The notes below the pieces were generated by a model that did not search any database, had not been told where the DNA came from, and was given only the letters and a program-made list of their open reading frames with translations. The translations under genes were made by a program, and so were the position numbers. Shown here piece by piece: positions 7,892-16,364 of a stretch of 64,000 bases of DNA. Positions within the stretch are counted from its first letter, which is position 1. Each line of letters starts with the position of its first letter. The stretch spans positions 509,429 to 573,428 of the forward strand of contig CP129476.1 of NCBI GenBank assembly GCA_030583805.1. The letters are read 5' to 3'. The stretch is from Patescibacteria group bacterium. GTDB lineage: Bacteria; Patescibacteriota; Patescibacteriia; SG8-24; DYFX01.

Positions 7892-8677
7892 TCAGACCCA
7901 TCGAGCGGTTAAGAGGACGAGCGCAAGCGCGCCGCCGGCATACAAGACGTATTTGCGAACCAAGCGTTCCGGCACCGTATCCGTCGCGCCGATCGGAAGC
8001 AAGTTGGCTGCCAAATAGTACACGATGCCGACGACGGCGCCGCCGACGAACATCGAGGTCGGCAGGTTGAGCGCGACGAGGTACGTCTGGACGACGACCA
8101 GGGCCGTGAGCAAGGTGCGTGAGCGCGGACGGACGCAGTGCGAAGTGCAGGCGAGAAACAAGTGCCAGCTCCACAGCAGCGCGACGACGATCATCGGCGG
8201 AATCGTCCACCACGTCTTCACGGGCAAGAAGGCCGGCACGCCGACAGCGACCGAAGCGACGAGAAACATGGAGCCGATATTGACCATGCGCGCGAACTCG
8301 GAAATCGTCAGGCGCTCTTCCGTCGCATGCGCGGCATCTTCGCGGCGCACATGCTCCAGGAACAGGAACAGCACGAAGCCGAAGACGGCGATAAACACGT
8401 GCCGGTTGGCCACCAGGTCGAGGAAGAGCAGCGAAGCGATCGTTGAAACGGCGATCATGAGCACCGCCGGCACGGCCACGGGCGTCAGACGGCTCTTCAG
8501 CTTGCCGTGAACGAGCGCGAAGAAGATGGTCAGGATCCACGCCGACGTCAGCAGGCTCCACCACAAGAAATCGTGCGGGCGATTAATCGAAACTTCGCTG
8601 AGCGCGATGAACCCGCCGCCGCCGAGATACGGCAGGATCGGAGAAATTTTGACGAGGCGGTCGTAGAACGACGACAT
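7892..8677 (-). CDS. Polytopic integral membrane protein, unknown function
   Basis: At least 7 predicted hydrophobic helices. It packs tightly (about 1 nt spacing) between neighbouring genes on the same strand. Confidence 0.45.
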   Translation of the reverse strand: MSSFYDRLVKISPILPYLGGGGFIALSEVSINRPHDFLWWSLLTSAWILTIFFALVHGKLKSRLTPVAVPAVLMIAVSTIASLLFLDLVANRHVFIAVFGFVLFLFLEHVRREDAAHATEERLTISEFARMVNIGSMFLVASVAVGVPAFLPVKTWWTIPPMIVVALLWSWHLFLACTSHCVRPRSRTLLTALVVVQTYLVALNLPTSMFVGGAVVGIVYYLAANLLPIGATDTVPERLVRKYVLYAGGALALVLLTARWV

Positions 8678-8678
8678 A

Positions 8679-9728
8679 TCAGCGGTTTGATTTCAAGAAA
8701 CGGAAGCCGTCCGCGACGACGATGCCGAGCATCATCGCGACCGGAATCGCGAGCAGCGCGCCGAGGAGGCCGGCGACTTTCACGCCGATCAAGAGCGAGA
8801 AAATGCTGACGATCGGGTGCAGCCCCGTGACCTTCTGCATGACTTTCGGCACGAGGATATGGTTTTCGGCCTGCTGGATCACGATGCACATGATGCCGAC
8901 CAGGAGCGCCTTGAGCGGCGAGTCGGTCAGGGCGATCAGGATGGCGGGAATCGCGGAGAAGATCGGCCCGATGTACGGGATCGATTCGGCAATGCCGGCC
9001 GTGAGCGCCAACACAAGGGCGTACTTCACGCCGAGAATCTTGAGCATGAAGTAGAAGGCGACGCCGATCACGAGCGAGAGGAGCATCTGCCCGCGCACCC
9101 AGCTGCCGATGCTTTTCTCGATGCGCTGGAAGAGGTCGACGAGATACGGCTGGTAGGCTTCGGGCGCGAGATTGCGGAACAAGCGCTTCAGCGCGTCTTC
9201 AGAAACGACCAGATAAAACGCGACGACGAGCACGATGACGAGCGACGCGAAGCCGGTGACGATACCTGTCAGCGTGGCGAAGACGCCGGCCGCGGCCGCG
9301 CCGACGGAATCGGAAGCGCTGGCGGTCGCTTGCTGCAAGTCGGCGCTCAAGCCGTGCGTGGCGGCGAATTCCTTGAGCGGACCGAACGTCGAAAGCATCT
9401 GCGCCCAGAGCGATCCCGAGTTGGAAAGAAGATCGCGCGATTCGAGAAGCACCGCCGGGACGAGCATCGTGAGCACGGCGGCGATCAGCGCGATGATGCC
9501 GGCGTAGAGCAAGAGCACGGCGAGGCCGCGGCTCATCTTCTTGGATTGGAACCACGAGGCGAGCGGATTGATGATCGAGGCGAGCACCAGCGAAACGAAA
9601 AACAGGGCGATAATGTCGCGGATCATGTACAGGAAGCCGCACACCAGCAAAAAGACGGCCACCTTCACGATCGTGGCGGTCGAAATGGTGATCACCTGCG
9701 GCTGGCGCTCCGGTCCGTTTTCCTGCAT
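8679..9728 (-). CDS. AI-2E family transporter (PerM/YhhT-like, UPF0118)
   Basis: Internal start MQENGPERQ..., then 8 TM helices with the typical AI-2E pattern (...LVLALTAGIAESIPYIGPIFSAIPAILIAL...). Confidence 0.75.
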   Translation of the reverse strand: MQENGPERQPQVITISTATIVKVAVFLLVCGFLYMIRDIIALFFVSLVLASIINPLASWFQSKKMSRGLAVLLLYAGIIALIAAVLTMLVPAVLLESRDLLSNSGSLWAQMLSTFGPLKEFAATHGLSADLQQATASASDSVGAAAAGVFATLTGIVTGFASLVIVLVVAFYLVVSEDALKRLFRNLAPEAYQPYLVDLFQRIEKSIGSWVRGQMLLSLVIGVAFYFMLKILGVKYALVLALTAGIAESIPYIGPIFSAIPAILIALTDSPLKALLVGIMCIVIQQAENHILVPKVMQKVTGLHPIVSIFSLLIGVKVAGLLGALLAIPVAMMLGIVVADGFRFLKSNR

Positions 9729-9780
9729 ACTTCGTTGGAAATATAGCAGGAAAACGGTACACTGACCAGCGTCCAACCGT

Positions 9781-10233
9781 ATGAACGCCATTCTCGCCAC
9801 GAACGACAAAGCGCGGTACGACTACGAGTTCCTCGAGAAGATCGAGGCGGGCTTAGTGCTCTCCGGCCAGGAAGTGAAGTCCGCCAAGACCGGCCACCTC
9901 AAACTCAAGGGCGCGCACGTCACGTTCCATCGCGGCGAAGCGATGCTGACCGGCGCGCACATCGCCCGGTACCCGAAAGCCGGCCCCCTCCCCGACTACG
10001 ACCCCGAACGCTCGCGCAAGCTCTTGCTCCACAAGAAGGAAGTGAACCGTTTGCGCGGAAAACGCGAGGAAGACGGATTGACAATCGTGCCGATTCGTGC
10101 TTATATAAAGGGCGGCCGCATCAAAGTGGAGCTCGCCGTCGCGCGCGGCAAGAAGCAATTCGAAAAGCGCGAGGCGATCAAAAAGCGCGACCTCGAACGC
10201 GAGGCGCGAGGCCGGATGAAGATCCGGCGGTAA
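9781..10233 (+). CDS. smpB: SsrA-binding protein SmpB
   Basis: 150 aa: ...YDYEFLEKIEAGLVLSGQEVKS...GAHIARY...LLLHKKEVNRL...KGGRIKVELAVARGKKQFEKRE.... This is the canonical SmpB length and motifs, and it lies directly upstream of the tmRNA. Confidence 0.9.
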   Translation: MNAILATNDKARYDYEFLEKIEAGLVLSGQEVKSAKTGHLKLKGAHVTFHRGEAMLTGAHIARYPKAGPLPDYDPERSRKLLLHKKEVNRLRGKREEDGLTIVPIRAYIKGGRIKVELAVARGKKQFEKREAIKKRDLEREARGRMKIRR

Positions 10234-10268
10234 TTCTCGCCGCGGCTCACCTGATGGTGGGCCGCGAC

Positions 10269-10671
10269 GGGGATGACTAGATTCGATGGAGTTCGTTCTC
10301 AATTCGCGCAGGTTGACGGAGCCTTCCCGTCATGAATAAAAAGGCAAACGACTACGTGCCAACGTTCTCGCAAAAGTGAAGACGGCGTTCGCTAACGCGT
10401 TCGCTCCGTCCTTCGCTCCGGTCCTCGCCTAAGCGCGACTGACCCATCGCCCGTCGACATCTTCTAGACGGATCACGGTGTTATAAGAAGGTCCGCCGCA
10501 TGTTCCGCCGAGAGGCATGCGATACGGTTGGATCCAGGCACGGACGCATACGACTCGTCGCCTCTATGTATGTGCTCCGGTCCCTCACGGGAAAACTCGA
10601 GACGACTACGCCTGTAGTGCGCATTGTCCTACTTCCTCCAGACCCGGGTGCGAATCCCGGCATCTCCACCA
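10269..10671 (+). ncRNA. ssrA: tmRNA (ssrA)
   Basis: The 5' end GGGGAUGACUAGAUUCGAUGG resembles the canonical GGGGCUGAUUCUGGAUUCGACGG. The 3' end has a tRNA-like T-arm GGUGCGAAUCCCGG, then CAUCUCC pairing with the 5' GGGGAUG acceptor stem, then ACCA. It lies immediately after smpB. The internal tag ORF is ambiguous (a GCA resume codon follows AAAAAG; candidate frames end ...APVLA-stop or ANDYVPTFSQK-stop). Confidence 0.8.
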
Positions 10672-10679
10672 AAGAAAAG
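10647..10679 (+). repeat. 33-bp direct repeat copy 1 (ggtgcgaatcccggcatctccaccaaagaaaag), the 3' end of ssrA; putative attL of the integrated island
   Basis: Exact 33-bp identity with 17000..17032, seen directly in the sequence. Confidence 0.85.
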
Positions 10680-10723
10680 TGTCTCTCTACGAGGGGTATT
10701 TTTCTTTTGAATTAACAGTGAAT

Positions 10724-10756
10724 AAAAACCATCCTGAGACTACCAGGATGGTTTTT
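10724..10756. terminator. Hairpin aaaaaccatcctg-agacta-ccaggatggttttt, a bidirectional terminator candidate between ssrA and the 3' end of the HTH-HNH gene
   Basis: Perfect 13-bp inverted repeat with flanking A/T runs, seen in the sequence. Confidence 0.5.
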
Positions 10757-11771
10757 GTCTCCTCCTTGCGCCCCCCATGCACTTATTGCAGTAGACGCCC
10801 AGGTTTTTAAGGGAGTGGTCCTTGGTACTCCTCAGGTGAATAACATTCAGATCCTTGCCGAACCGTTTCTTATGTTCAGTTCTTTTCAGACCACACTTTT
10901 CACACTTCTCCCCCGCCGCCATCATGGCTTTTTCCCTATTGCCACCAAAGTCACGGTAGTCGTAGAAGCATCGTAAACAATATCCATGTTGGAAGTGTTC
11001 ATCAGTGGTCGTCCCACATCCGCGGCATTTCTCGTATTTACGTGACCACCTATCCCCCAAGCTATTAGACTTGGACATGTTCCTTTTGAACATGCATGAA
11101 CTACAAAGCACGATAAGATTTTCGAGGTCGCTGCCATCTCCAACCTTTTTTACGACGTTGAGGTCGTTGCCCGATTTCTTGTTGTACTCGTCTCTTGAGA
11201 TTCCGCAGTCCTCACAACTCTGCCGAGCCCGCTCAAGCGCCTTTTCTCGATTACCTCCAAAAGCGATTGCATCGTACCAACAGTTCGTGCAATACCCCTC
11301 TCTGAGATGCTTATACTTTGTCTTTCCGCAAAGTCTGCAACGTAGGTAGTTTCTCGCCCATCGAGACTTCACCTCTCGCTTTAACTTTTGATACTTTTCA
11401 AATACCGCTGGTACATACTTCTCCAGCTCTTCTTCCGTAACGTCGTATTGAAGCAGGAACCGTCCGTGGTGCGTGAAGGAGTCGATTGCCCTGAACATCT
11501 CGTCTTCTTTTTCCAACAGACGCGCACCCTTCACACGAGTCCTTGCGTCTTCGTGCGTCTTTTTTTTCGCCTCCACGAATGCCTTGAGATCAATCGCGAA
11601 GCCCCTTTCAACCATCGCGTTCACCTCGTCGTGCCAAAGTCTGTTCAGCAGCTGTCGAATGCGCTCCCGAGAAAGCCCAAGCTTGTCCCCGATTTCCTGG
11701 AACGTGTGGCCTTGCGCATAGAGGACCCCGACTGTGGCGTCCCGCTGGCTGTCTTTCTCAGGGGGGTTCAC
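10740..11771 (-). CDS. Sigma-70 region-4-like HTH protein with two tandem HNH-like nuclease repeats (each CxxC ... NL..LC..C)
   Basis: N-terminal GHTFQEIGDKLGLSRERIRQLLNRL is a sigma r4/LuxR-like HTH. Repeat 1: CRLCGKT...CTNC...CEDCGISRDEYNKKSGNDLNVVKKVGDGSDLENLIVLCSSC. Repeat 2: CRGCGTT...CLRC...CEKCGLKRTEHKKRFGKDLNVIHLRSTKDHSLKNLGVYCNKC. Low-GC codon usage. Confidence 0.55.
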   Translation of the reverse strand: MNPPEKDSQRDATVGVLYAQGHTFQEIGDKLGLSRERIRQLLNRLWHDEVNAMVERGFAIDLKAFVEAKKKTHEDARTRVKGARLLEKEDEMFRAIDSFTHHGRFLLQYDVTEEELEKYVPAVFEKYQKLKREVKSRWARNYLRCRLCGKTKYKHLREGYCTNCWYDAIAFGGNREKALERARQSCEDCGISRDEYNKKSGNDLNVVKKVGDGSDLENLIVLCSSCMFKRNMSKSNSLGDRWSRKYEKCRGCGTTTDEHFQHGYCLRCFYDYRDFGGNREKAMMAAGEKCEKCGLKRTEHKKRFGKDLNVIHLRSTKDHSLKNLGVYCNKCMGGARRRQKPSW

Positions 11772-11780
11772 ACGGCGCGC

Positions 11781-13874
11781 TTAGCTCTCAAGACTGAAGG
11801 CGTCATCCGTCAGGAATGCCGACAAATCCTTCGACGCGGCCGAAAGGACACCGATCAGCATGTTGTTGACCGCTTCATCTACTCGAGCCGCGTTAAAGTT
11901 CTCCGGCTCCTTCCTCTCAAGCTCGAAGATGAGGTCCTTTTGGAAGATTTCCAAATACCGATTGAAGAGGAAGGTGCGGAACTGCAACGATTTCGCTCCG
12001 TATTTGTCGAGAATGTACCTCGCCATCGGATTTGCCGTGTTGATCCAGTAGATGCCGTGGGCAAGATCTTCCCTTCTTTGGAAGACGACCGTGTGACGCG
12101 GGGTAAGCTCCACTGGACCATTCACGATGCCAAGTGGATCCACATCATGATTCGAAAGAAGCACTTGTTGCGGCTTGGGGCCCTTGGACTTGCCCGAAGA
12201 ATCATCTTTCACCACGCGAACGACGATACGCGCCTCGTGTCCACCGACTTCCGCCGTGATTTCCGAAGTCGCATCCAGCTTCTCGCCAGTCACAAAAGCC
12301 TTCAGTACGCCGACTTGCGCACCGCTTGCTGCAATCTTCAGGTCGTCGCTCGAGACCACGATGGTGTCGGAGTCCATCGTGACATCAGCACCACTGCTCT
12401 TGAGGGCGATAACCGCACCGACAGGGATCTCCTCAGGACTACGAGTCTTCAAGATGAGCGGGTATTTAACCTTCAGCGGGATGTCGATTTCGGACACCAA
12501 GAACTCCAGTGCGCTTTCGGGCTCTTCGAGCGTTTTCTTTTTCGTGCCCTTGTTTCCTGATTTGTCGCCGCCCTCGGAACCCCCGATGGTCTCCTCAATC
12601 AGCTTCCTCATGACCTTGTCCTTCCAGTCGTTCAGGAACTTGTTGAACTCCGAAGAGATTTTGCGGTCGTTTTCCGCATTATCCTTTCTATCCTTCTCAG
12701 CGATTTCTTTCGCGAGTTTGTCTACCTCTTGGGCAATCCAGCTCAGGAGCGCCCTGGTACGTTCGTTGTTGACGAGTTCCACGCGATCGTTCTGCACGCT
12801 GTCGTGTTCCGCGCTCTCAAGAATCTCGCAGTTTTCAAGTTCACCCCAGATGTGGTTGGCTTGCGGGAAGTTCTTGATTTCAAGCCTGCCGAAGGGATAG
12901 GAGGCGATGCCGCCGACCTCACCAATGACGTCCAAACGATTCAGTTCGCCGTACTTGCTGCCGTCCAACGCGATCTCAGACGTGTGCAGCACGAGGCGCC
13001 CCGCGGAATACTTCGCAGACCCAATCACCACTTCGCCCTCCCCGTCCGTATTCGCCAACGGCAACTTATCAGGAACGGTGACGATTTTGGGTGTTTCGAA
13101 TCCTGAGTAGGGTTGCAGCTTCTCCGGAACGAGCTTTCCGTAAAGAGACTCACCGTTCTTGAATACAGATAATGTGATGCGGTTCAGCACCCGCATAAGC
13201 TGCGGGTGGTGCCTGAGTTTTTCGATAATCTGTTCGGGAGCCTGTGACTTCTTCCTTTTCGCAGAATCTTCACGCTTTGGGGAGTACCCCCAAACGATCG
13301 TAAAACCTGTCTTACCTTTCTCAAGGAGTTGCCTGGCAGTTTTGGGAATATTTTGCTTCTGGATGTTCCCAAGCTTCAAGGCCGCATCGAGTGAAAGCTT
13401 TCGGCCCTGATATCCTTCGTCGTATCCGTACCTTCGGTCTTCATTGAACCCGAATACACTGATTTTGCCGTCCTTATAGGTAACGAAATGCGCGTGCTCG
13501 AACATCTGCCTCATGTAGAACTTCCCCCCGTTTCCATGGCCACCAAAGGTTTTCACATCCTTGCCACGCGTTGCGGCAAGGGCGCTAAACCATTTCTTGA
13601 AAGCCGATTCGATGTCCGTATCATCCATGCCAACAAAATCGAGACAGCCCACGGCTTCTTCGCCATCCAAATCGTCCTCAAAGAGGAGGATTACCGAGGT
13701 GTCATCGTCAGAAAAATCCGAACGCTTATAAGCGTCGATGGAGTTCTTGATCCATTCGGCGATTCCTTTGGGGTGATTGAAGCTGAACGCCTGACCCATG
13801 AAATCGAGCGCGCGCTCTTCGTCCAGAATCGCTCTCTCTGCCTTGATGACAAAACCCTTTTTACTTTTCGGCAT
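11781..13874 (-). CDS. GHKL-superfamily (Bergerat-fold, HATPase_c_3/MORC-like) ATPase, 697 aa, with a long C-terminal extension of unknown function
   Basis: N-box EWIKNSIDAY (ExxxNSxDA). G1-like VGCLDFVGMDDTD. G2-like FGGHGNGGKFYMRQMF. The 4-nt spacing to the downstream HTH-HNH gene suggests an operon. No nuclease motif is recognisable in the remaining ~500 aa. Confidence 0.55.
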   Translation of the reverse strand: MPKSKKGFVIKAERAILDEERALDFMGQAFSFNHPKGIAEWIKNSIDAYKRSDFSDDDTSVILLFEDDLDGEEAVGCLDFVGMDDTDIESAFKKWFSALAATRGKDVKTFGGHGNGGKFYMRQMFEHAHFVTYKDGKISVFGFNEDRRYGYDEGYQGRKLSLDAALKLGNIQKQNIPKTARQLLEKGKTGFTIVWGYSPKREDSAKRKKSQAPEQIIEKLRHHPQLMRVLNRITLSVFKNGESLYGKLVPEKLQPYSGFETPKIVTVPDKLPLANTDGEGEVVIGSAKYSAGRLVLHTSEIALDGSKYGELNRLDVIGEVGGIASYPFGRLEIKNFPQANHIWGELENCEILESAEHDSVQNDRVELVNNERTRALLSWIAQEVDKLAKEIAEKDRKDNAENDRKISSEFNKFLNDWKDKVMRKLIEETIGGSEGGDKSGNKGTKKKTLEEPESALEFLVSEIDIPLKVKYPLILKTRSPEEIPVGAVIALKSSGADVTMDSDTIVVSSDDLKIAASGAQVGVLKAFVTGEKLDATSEITAEVGGHEARIVVRVVKDDSSGKSKGPKPQQVLLSNHDVDPLGIVNGPVELTPRHTVVFQRREDLAHGIYWINTANPMARYILDKYGAKSLQFRTFLFNRYLEIFQKDLIFELERKEPENFNAARVDEAVNNMLIGVLSAASKDLSAFLTDDAFSLES

Positions 13875-13882
13875 AACTTCAG

Positions 13883-14491
13883 CTATCTCACTACGTCAAA
13901 TACGGCCTTGCCGAGTTTTTTCTGCAAAAACCCGTAATACTCTGTGAGGCTTTTTACGAGCTTCGGCTCGAAACCACTCTTCCTGGCCTCATCGAGTGCT
14001 GTTCCTACCACGGCAATCCGTCCAGTCAGTTCCTCTGGTTTGGTTCTCACGCTTACTCCCAGGAACGAGTAGAGATCGGCCTCGATGATGTCGTCCGTCT
14101 TTCCGGTAAGATAGAGCGCAAATCCTTCAAGTCCTTTCATACGCAGAATCTCGGTCGCCGTAGAACGAGAAAGCCGGCTCGTGTCGTTTTTGACGGGCTT
14201 ACTCTTCCCGGAAAGCCTTCGCGCCTCGTCCAAGCCCCTAACAGTAAGGGAGAACATCTTGTTGGACGAACGGAGAAAGCCCGCCTTCTTGAGATTCGTA
14301 TAGAGCGGCTTGTGAACCAGGTCACCCGAATCGGGGTACTGCCGGTAGCCTTTCAGGTGGAAGTTGTCTGGGAAGAGCTCGTATACCTTGACTACTATGT
14401 CCTCATACCTGAGCGATTTGGTGCTGTCCTTGGACAACTCAAACATCGCCAGGAGGATTTTTTCCGATCTCGAGAGCGTGTCGTTGCTCAT
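13883..14491 (-). CDS. Hypothetical protein (202 aa) of the island
   Basis: Clean low-GC ORF MSNDTLSRSEKILLAMFELSKDSTKSLRYEDIVVKVYELFPDNFHLKGY.... The 8-nt gap to the GHKL gene suggests an operon. No recognisable motif. Confidence 0.4.
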   Translation of the reverse strand: MSNDTLSRSEKILLAMFELSKDSTKSLRYEDIVVKVYELFPDNFHLKGYRQYPDSGDLVHKPLYTNLKKAGFLRSSNKMFSLTVRGLDEARRLSGKSKPVKNDTSRLSRSTATEILRMKGLEGFALYLTGKTDDIIEADLYSFLGVSVRTKPEELTGRIAVVGTALDEARKSGFEPKLVKSLTEYYGFLQKKLGKAVFDVVR

Positions 14492-14492
14492 A

Positions 14493-14783
14493 TCACAGGC
14501 TGAAACCGTCGCCGTTTTTTGAACTCGTAAACCTGTCTTTTACCATTCGGAGCTCCCTATCTACTGCAGAAAACATCTTCCTGACTTCAGCCTCAGTATA
14601 GTCATACTGGCTCTTATTCGACAGATTACCGAGGCTTTTGATGCGCCTTAGGATGTTGTTTACCCGCAGGGTTGCGATACGCTTAAACTTGTCCGATTTT
14701 GTCTCTTTATTTTGCGACATATTTGGAGAATATTTGTCGAATATTGTTGCGCTATCTTTACCAAATATACACAAATCCGTCAA
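14493..14783 (-). CDS. Hypothetical small protein (up to 96 aa; an alternative start at MSQNKETK gives 75 aa)
   Basis: ORF sits between the dcm and the 202-aa gene with a 1-nt gap to the latter. Lys-rich. No motif. Confidence 0.3.
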   Translation of the reverse strand: MTDLCIFGKDSATIFDKYSPNMSQNKETKSDKFKRIATLRVNNILRRIKSLGNLSNKSQYDYTEAEVRKMFSAVDRELRMVKDRFTSSKNGDGFSL

Positions 14784-14799
14784 ATATGCCCGAGCCCCC

Positions 14800-15783
14800 T
14801 TAACGAGAGGCAGTGTCCATTGCCCTTTTCATCTCCTTCGCGATTTCCCTGATAACCGGAACGGCGACCGAGTTTCCAAGGAGCTTATATGCCTGCCTGA
14901 CCGTCACAGGCATCTTGAACCCCTTATTAAAACCTTGTAGCGCCTTGCATTCATTAACCGTTAGACGTCTGATGCCCAAGGTATTAATCGGGCTTTTCAA
15001 GTCCGCTCCTTCGCCGCCATCCGAAGGAAGAATGCGGTCTTTCACAAGGTTCCTTTCCCTACCCATATTGCCAGCCACGAACGTATTGGCGATACCTTCG
15101 GGATCCAACACGCAATATCCGAAGTTGCTACCCGCATCGGAGTGCCTCTGCTTGTGCTTAATCAAACCGTCCATGTACTGCTTACTCAAGTAGTGGGACG
15201 GATGTGCGCCTTTCTCCAAAATCTCCTTCAATGGTTTTGGTGCTTTTCTTTTAAGATTATTGAAGCTGAAGTCTATTTTTGGGTTTTTAAATCCAACAAT
15301 AAAAACTCTTTCACGTTTTTGTGGTACTCCGAAGTCCTTGGCATTAAGTACCGCGACGTGGACCTGGTAGCCCAACTTCACTCGTAGAGACCGGAGTATC
15401 GTTTTGAGTGTCTCTCCACCTTCGTGTGAGACCAAGGCTTTCACGTTTTCAAACATGAAGGCCTTCGGTCGAGTCCTGTCGATTAAGTGCTCTAACACGA
15501 AAAAGGCGTTCCCACGAACGTCTTCGAAACCATGTCCCTTTCCTGCCCTCGAGAAGGGCTGACATGGGAAGCCTCCGAGCAATACGTCGTATTTAGGAAT
15601 CTCGAGTAAGTCAACCTCTTCGAGCGGCTTACATACGATCGGACCGTGGTTTGCGGCATAGACAGTTGCAGCATGCGCATCCATGTCGTTGGCAAAGACC
15701 GTCTGGAAGCCAGCCTTCTCAAAACCTAAACGAATACCGCCGATTCCGGCGAATAGGTCGATGCATCTATAGGCCTTCTTCAT
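14800..15783 (-). CDS. dcm: DNA (cytosine-5)-methyltransferase (Dcm-type C5-MTase)
   Basis: Motif I CIDLFAGIGGIRLGF. Motif IV GGFPCQPFSRAG. Motif VI ENVKAL. Motif VIII QKRERVFIVGF. Motif X KLLGNSVAVPVIREI. 327 aa. Confidence 0.9.
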   Translation of the reverse strand: MKKAYRCIDLFAGIGGIRLGFEKAGFQTVFANDMDAHAATVYAANHGPIVCKPLEEVDLLEIPKYDVLLGGFPCQPFSRAGKGHGFEDVRGNAFFVLEHLIDRTRPKAFMFENVKALVSHEGGETLKTILRSLRVKLGYQVHVAVLNAKDFGVPQKRERVFIVGFKNPKIDFSFNNLKRKAPKPLKEILEKGAHPSHYLSKQYMDGLIKHKQRHSDAGSNFGYCVLDPEGIANTFVAGNMGRERNLVKDRILPSDGGEGADLKSPINTLGIRRLTVNECKALQGFNKGFKMPVTVRQAYKLLGNSVAVPVIREIAKEMKRAMDTASR

Positions 15784-15924
15784 ACCGCTACAGTATAGTT
15801 CGAGCTTGATTTAGTGTCACTTTTCGGCGTTCAGAGCCCGGGATTGTTGGGGCGATCATGACGGACGGGTCCAAAATCAAAGACAGGATCAGAGATGATC
15901 CTGTCCGATGACTTTTTGGTACGG

Positions 15925-16364
15925 TTAGAAGGCGAAGGAACCGCTCTTGGAGCTACAGACAACGATGGTCACCTCTTTAGCCAAGTCGTCGATGTAGTGC
16001 CCCACCTCGTCTTCTTTCTTGTTTCTAACCTTAAGGGCCACATGCCCATCTTTCTTTCTACTTGTAAGTAACTTTGTGAACTTCTTAAACTTTTTATTGT
16101 GCTCAACAAAGTTGTTTCGATAGTACTCAATAAAAACTCCCTTAACCAAACCTTTCGGCGTTAGATACAAGGAGATTTCTTTGTTGACGTTGTAGAGGCG
16201 TGCATTCCTCGGCATTTTTGGCAGACCCCACTCCAAAGAGTCCATTTCTGAGTCATACTCAAAAACCCAACCATCTTTTTTGGCCAGTGAATCGAGATGG
16301 AGAATCTCGCTTTTAACAGTTTTGGTTACGTCGTGGGTCATATGATTTGCGGCTATGGCCATTT
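15925..16364 (-). CDS. Hypothetical protein of the island (about 146 aa starting MAIAANHMTHDV); the track ORF extends further 5' into an implausible Arg-rich overlap
   Basis: The low-GC Lys-rich body (...WVFEYDSEMDSLEWGLPKMPRNARLYNVNKEISLYLTPKGLVKGVFIEYYRNNFVEHNKKFKKF...) only begins after about residue 70 of the track ORF. Confidence 0.35.

Noticed and set aside
7072-9746. Long plus-strand ORFs (7072..8070, 8817..9746) and minus 7794..8564
   Set aside because: Antisense or alternative-frame to the convincing DegP-like, membrane-protein and AI-2E transporter genes. Arg/His/Asp-rich nonsense composition.
10641-10671. tRNA-like T-arm/acceptor with a CCA end
   Set aside because: It is not an independent tRNA. 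It is the tRNA-like domain at the 3' end of the tmRNA whose 5' acceptor strand lies 400 nt upstream. The second copy at 17000 is only a 33-bp att-site fragment.
11388-12560. 390-aa plus-strand ORF antisense to the GHKL ATPase gene inside the island
   Set aside because: No motifs. The minus-strand frame carries Bergerat ATPase boxes and is operon-coupled to neighbours. Long antisense ORFs occur by chance here because stop codons are depleted opposite Lys/Glu-rich codons.
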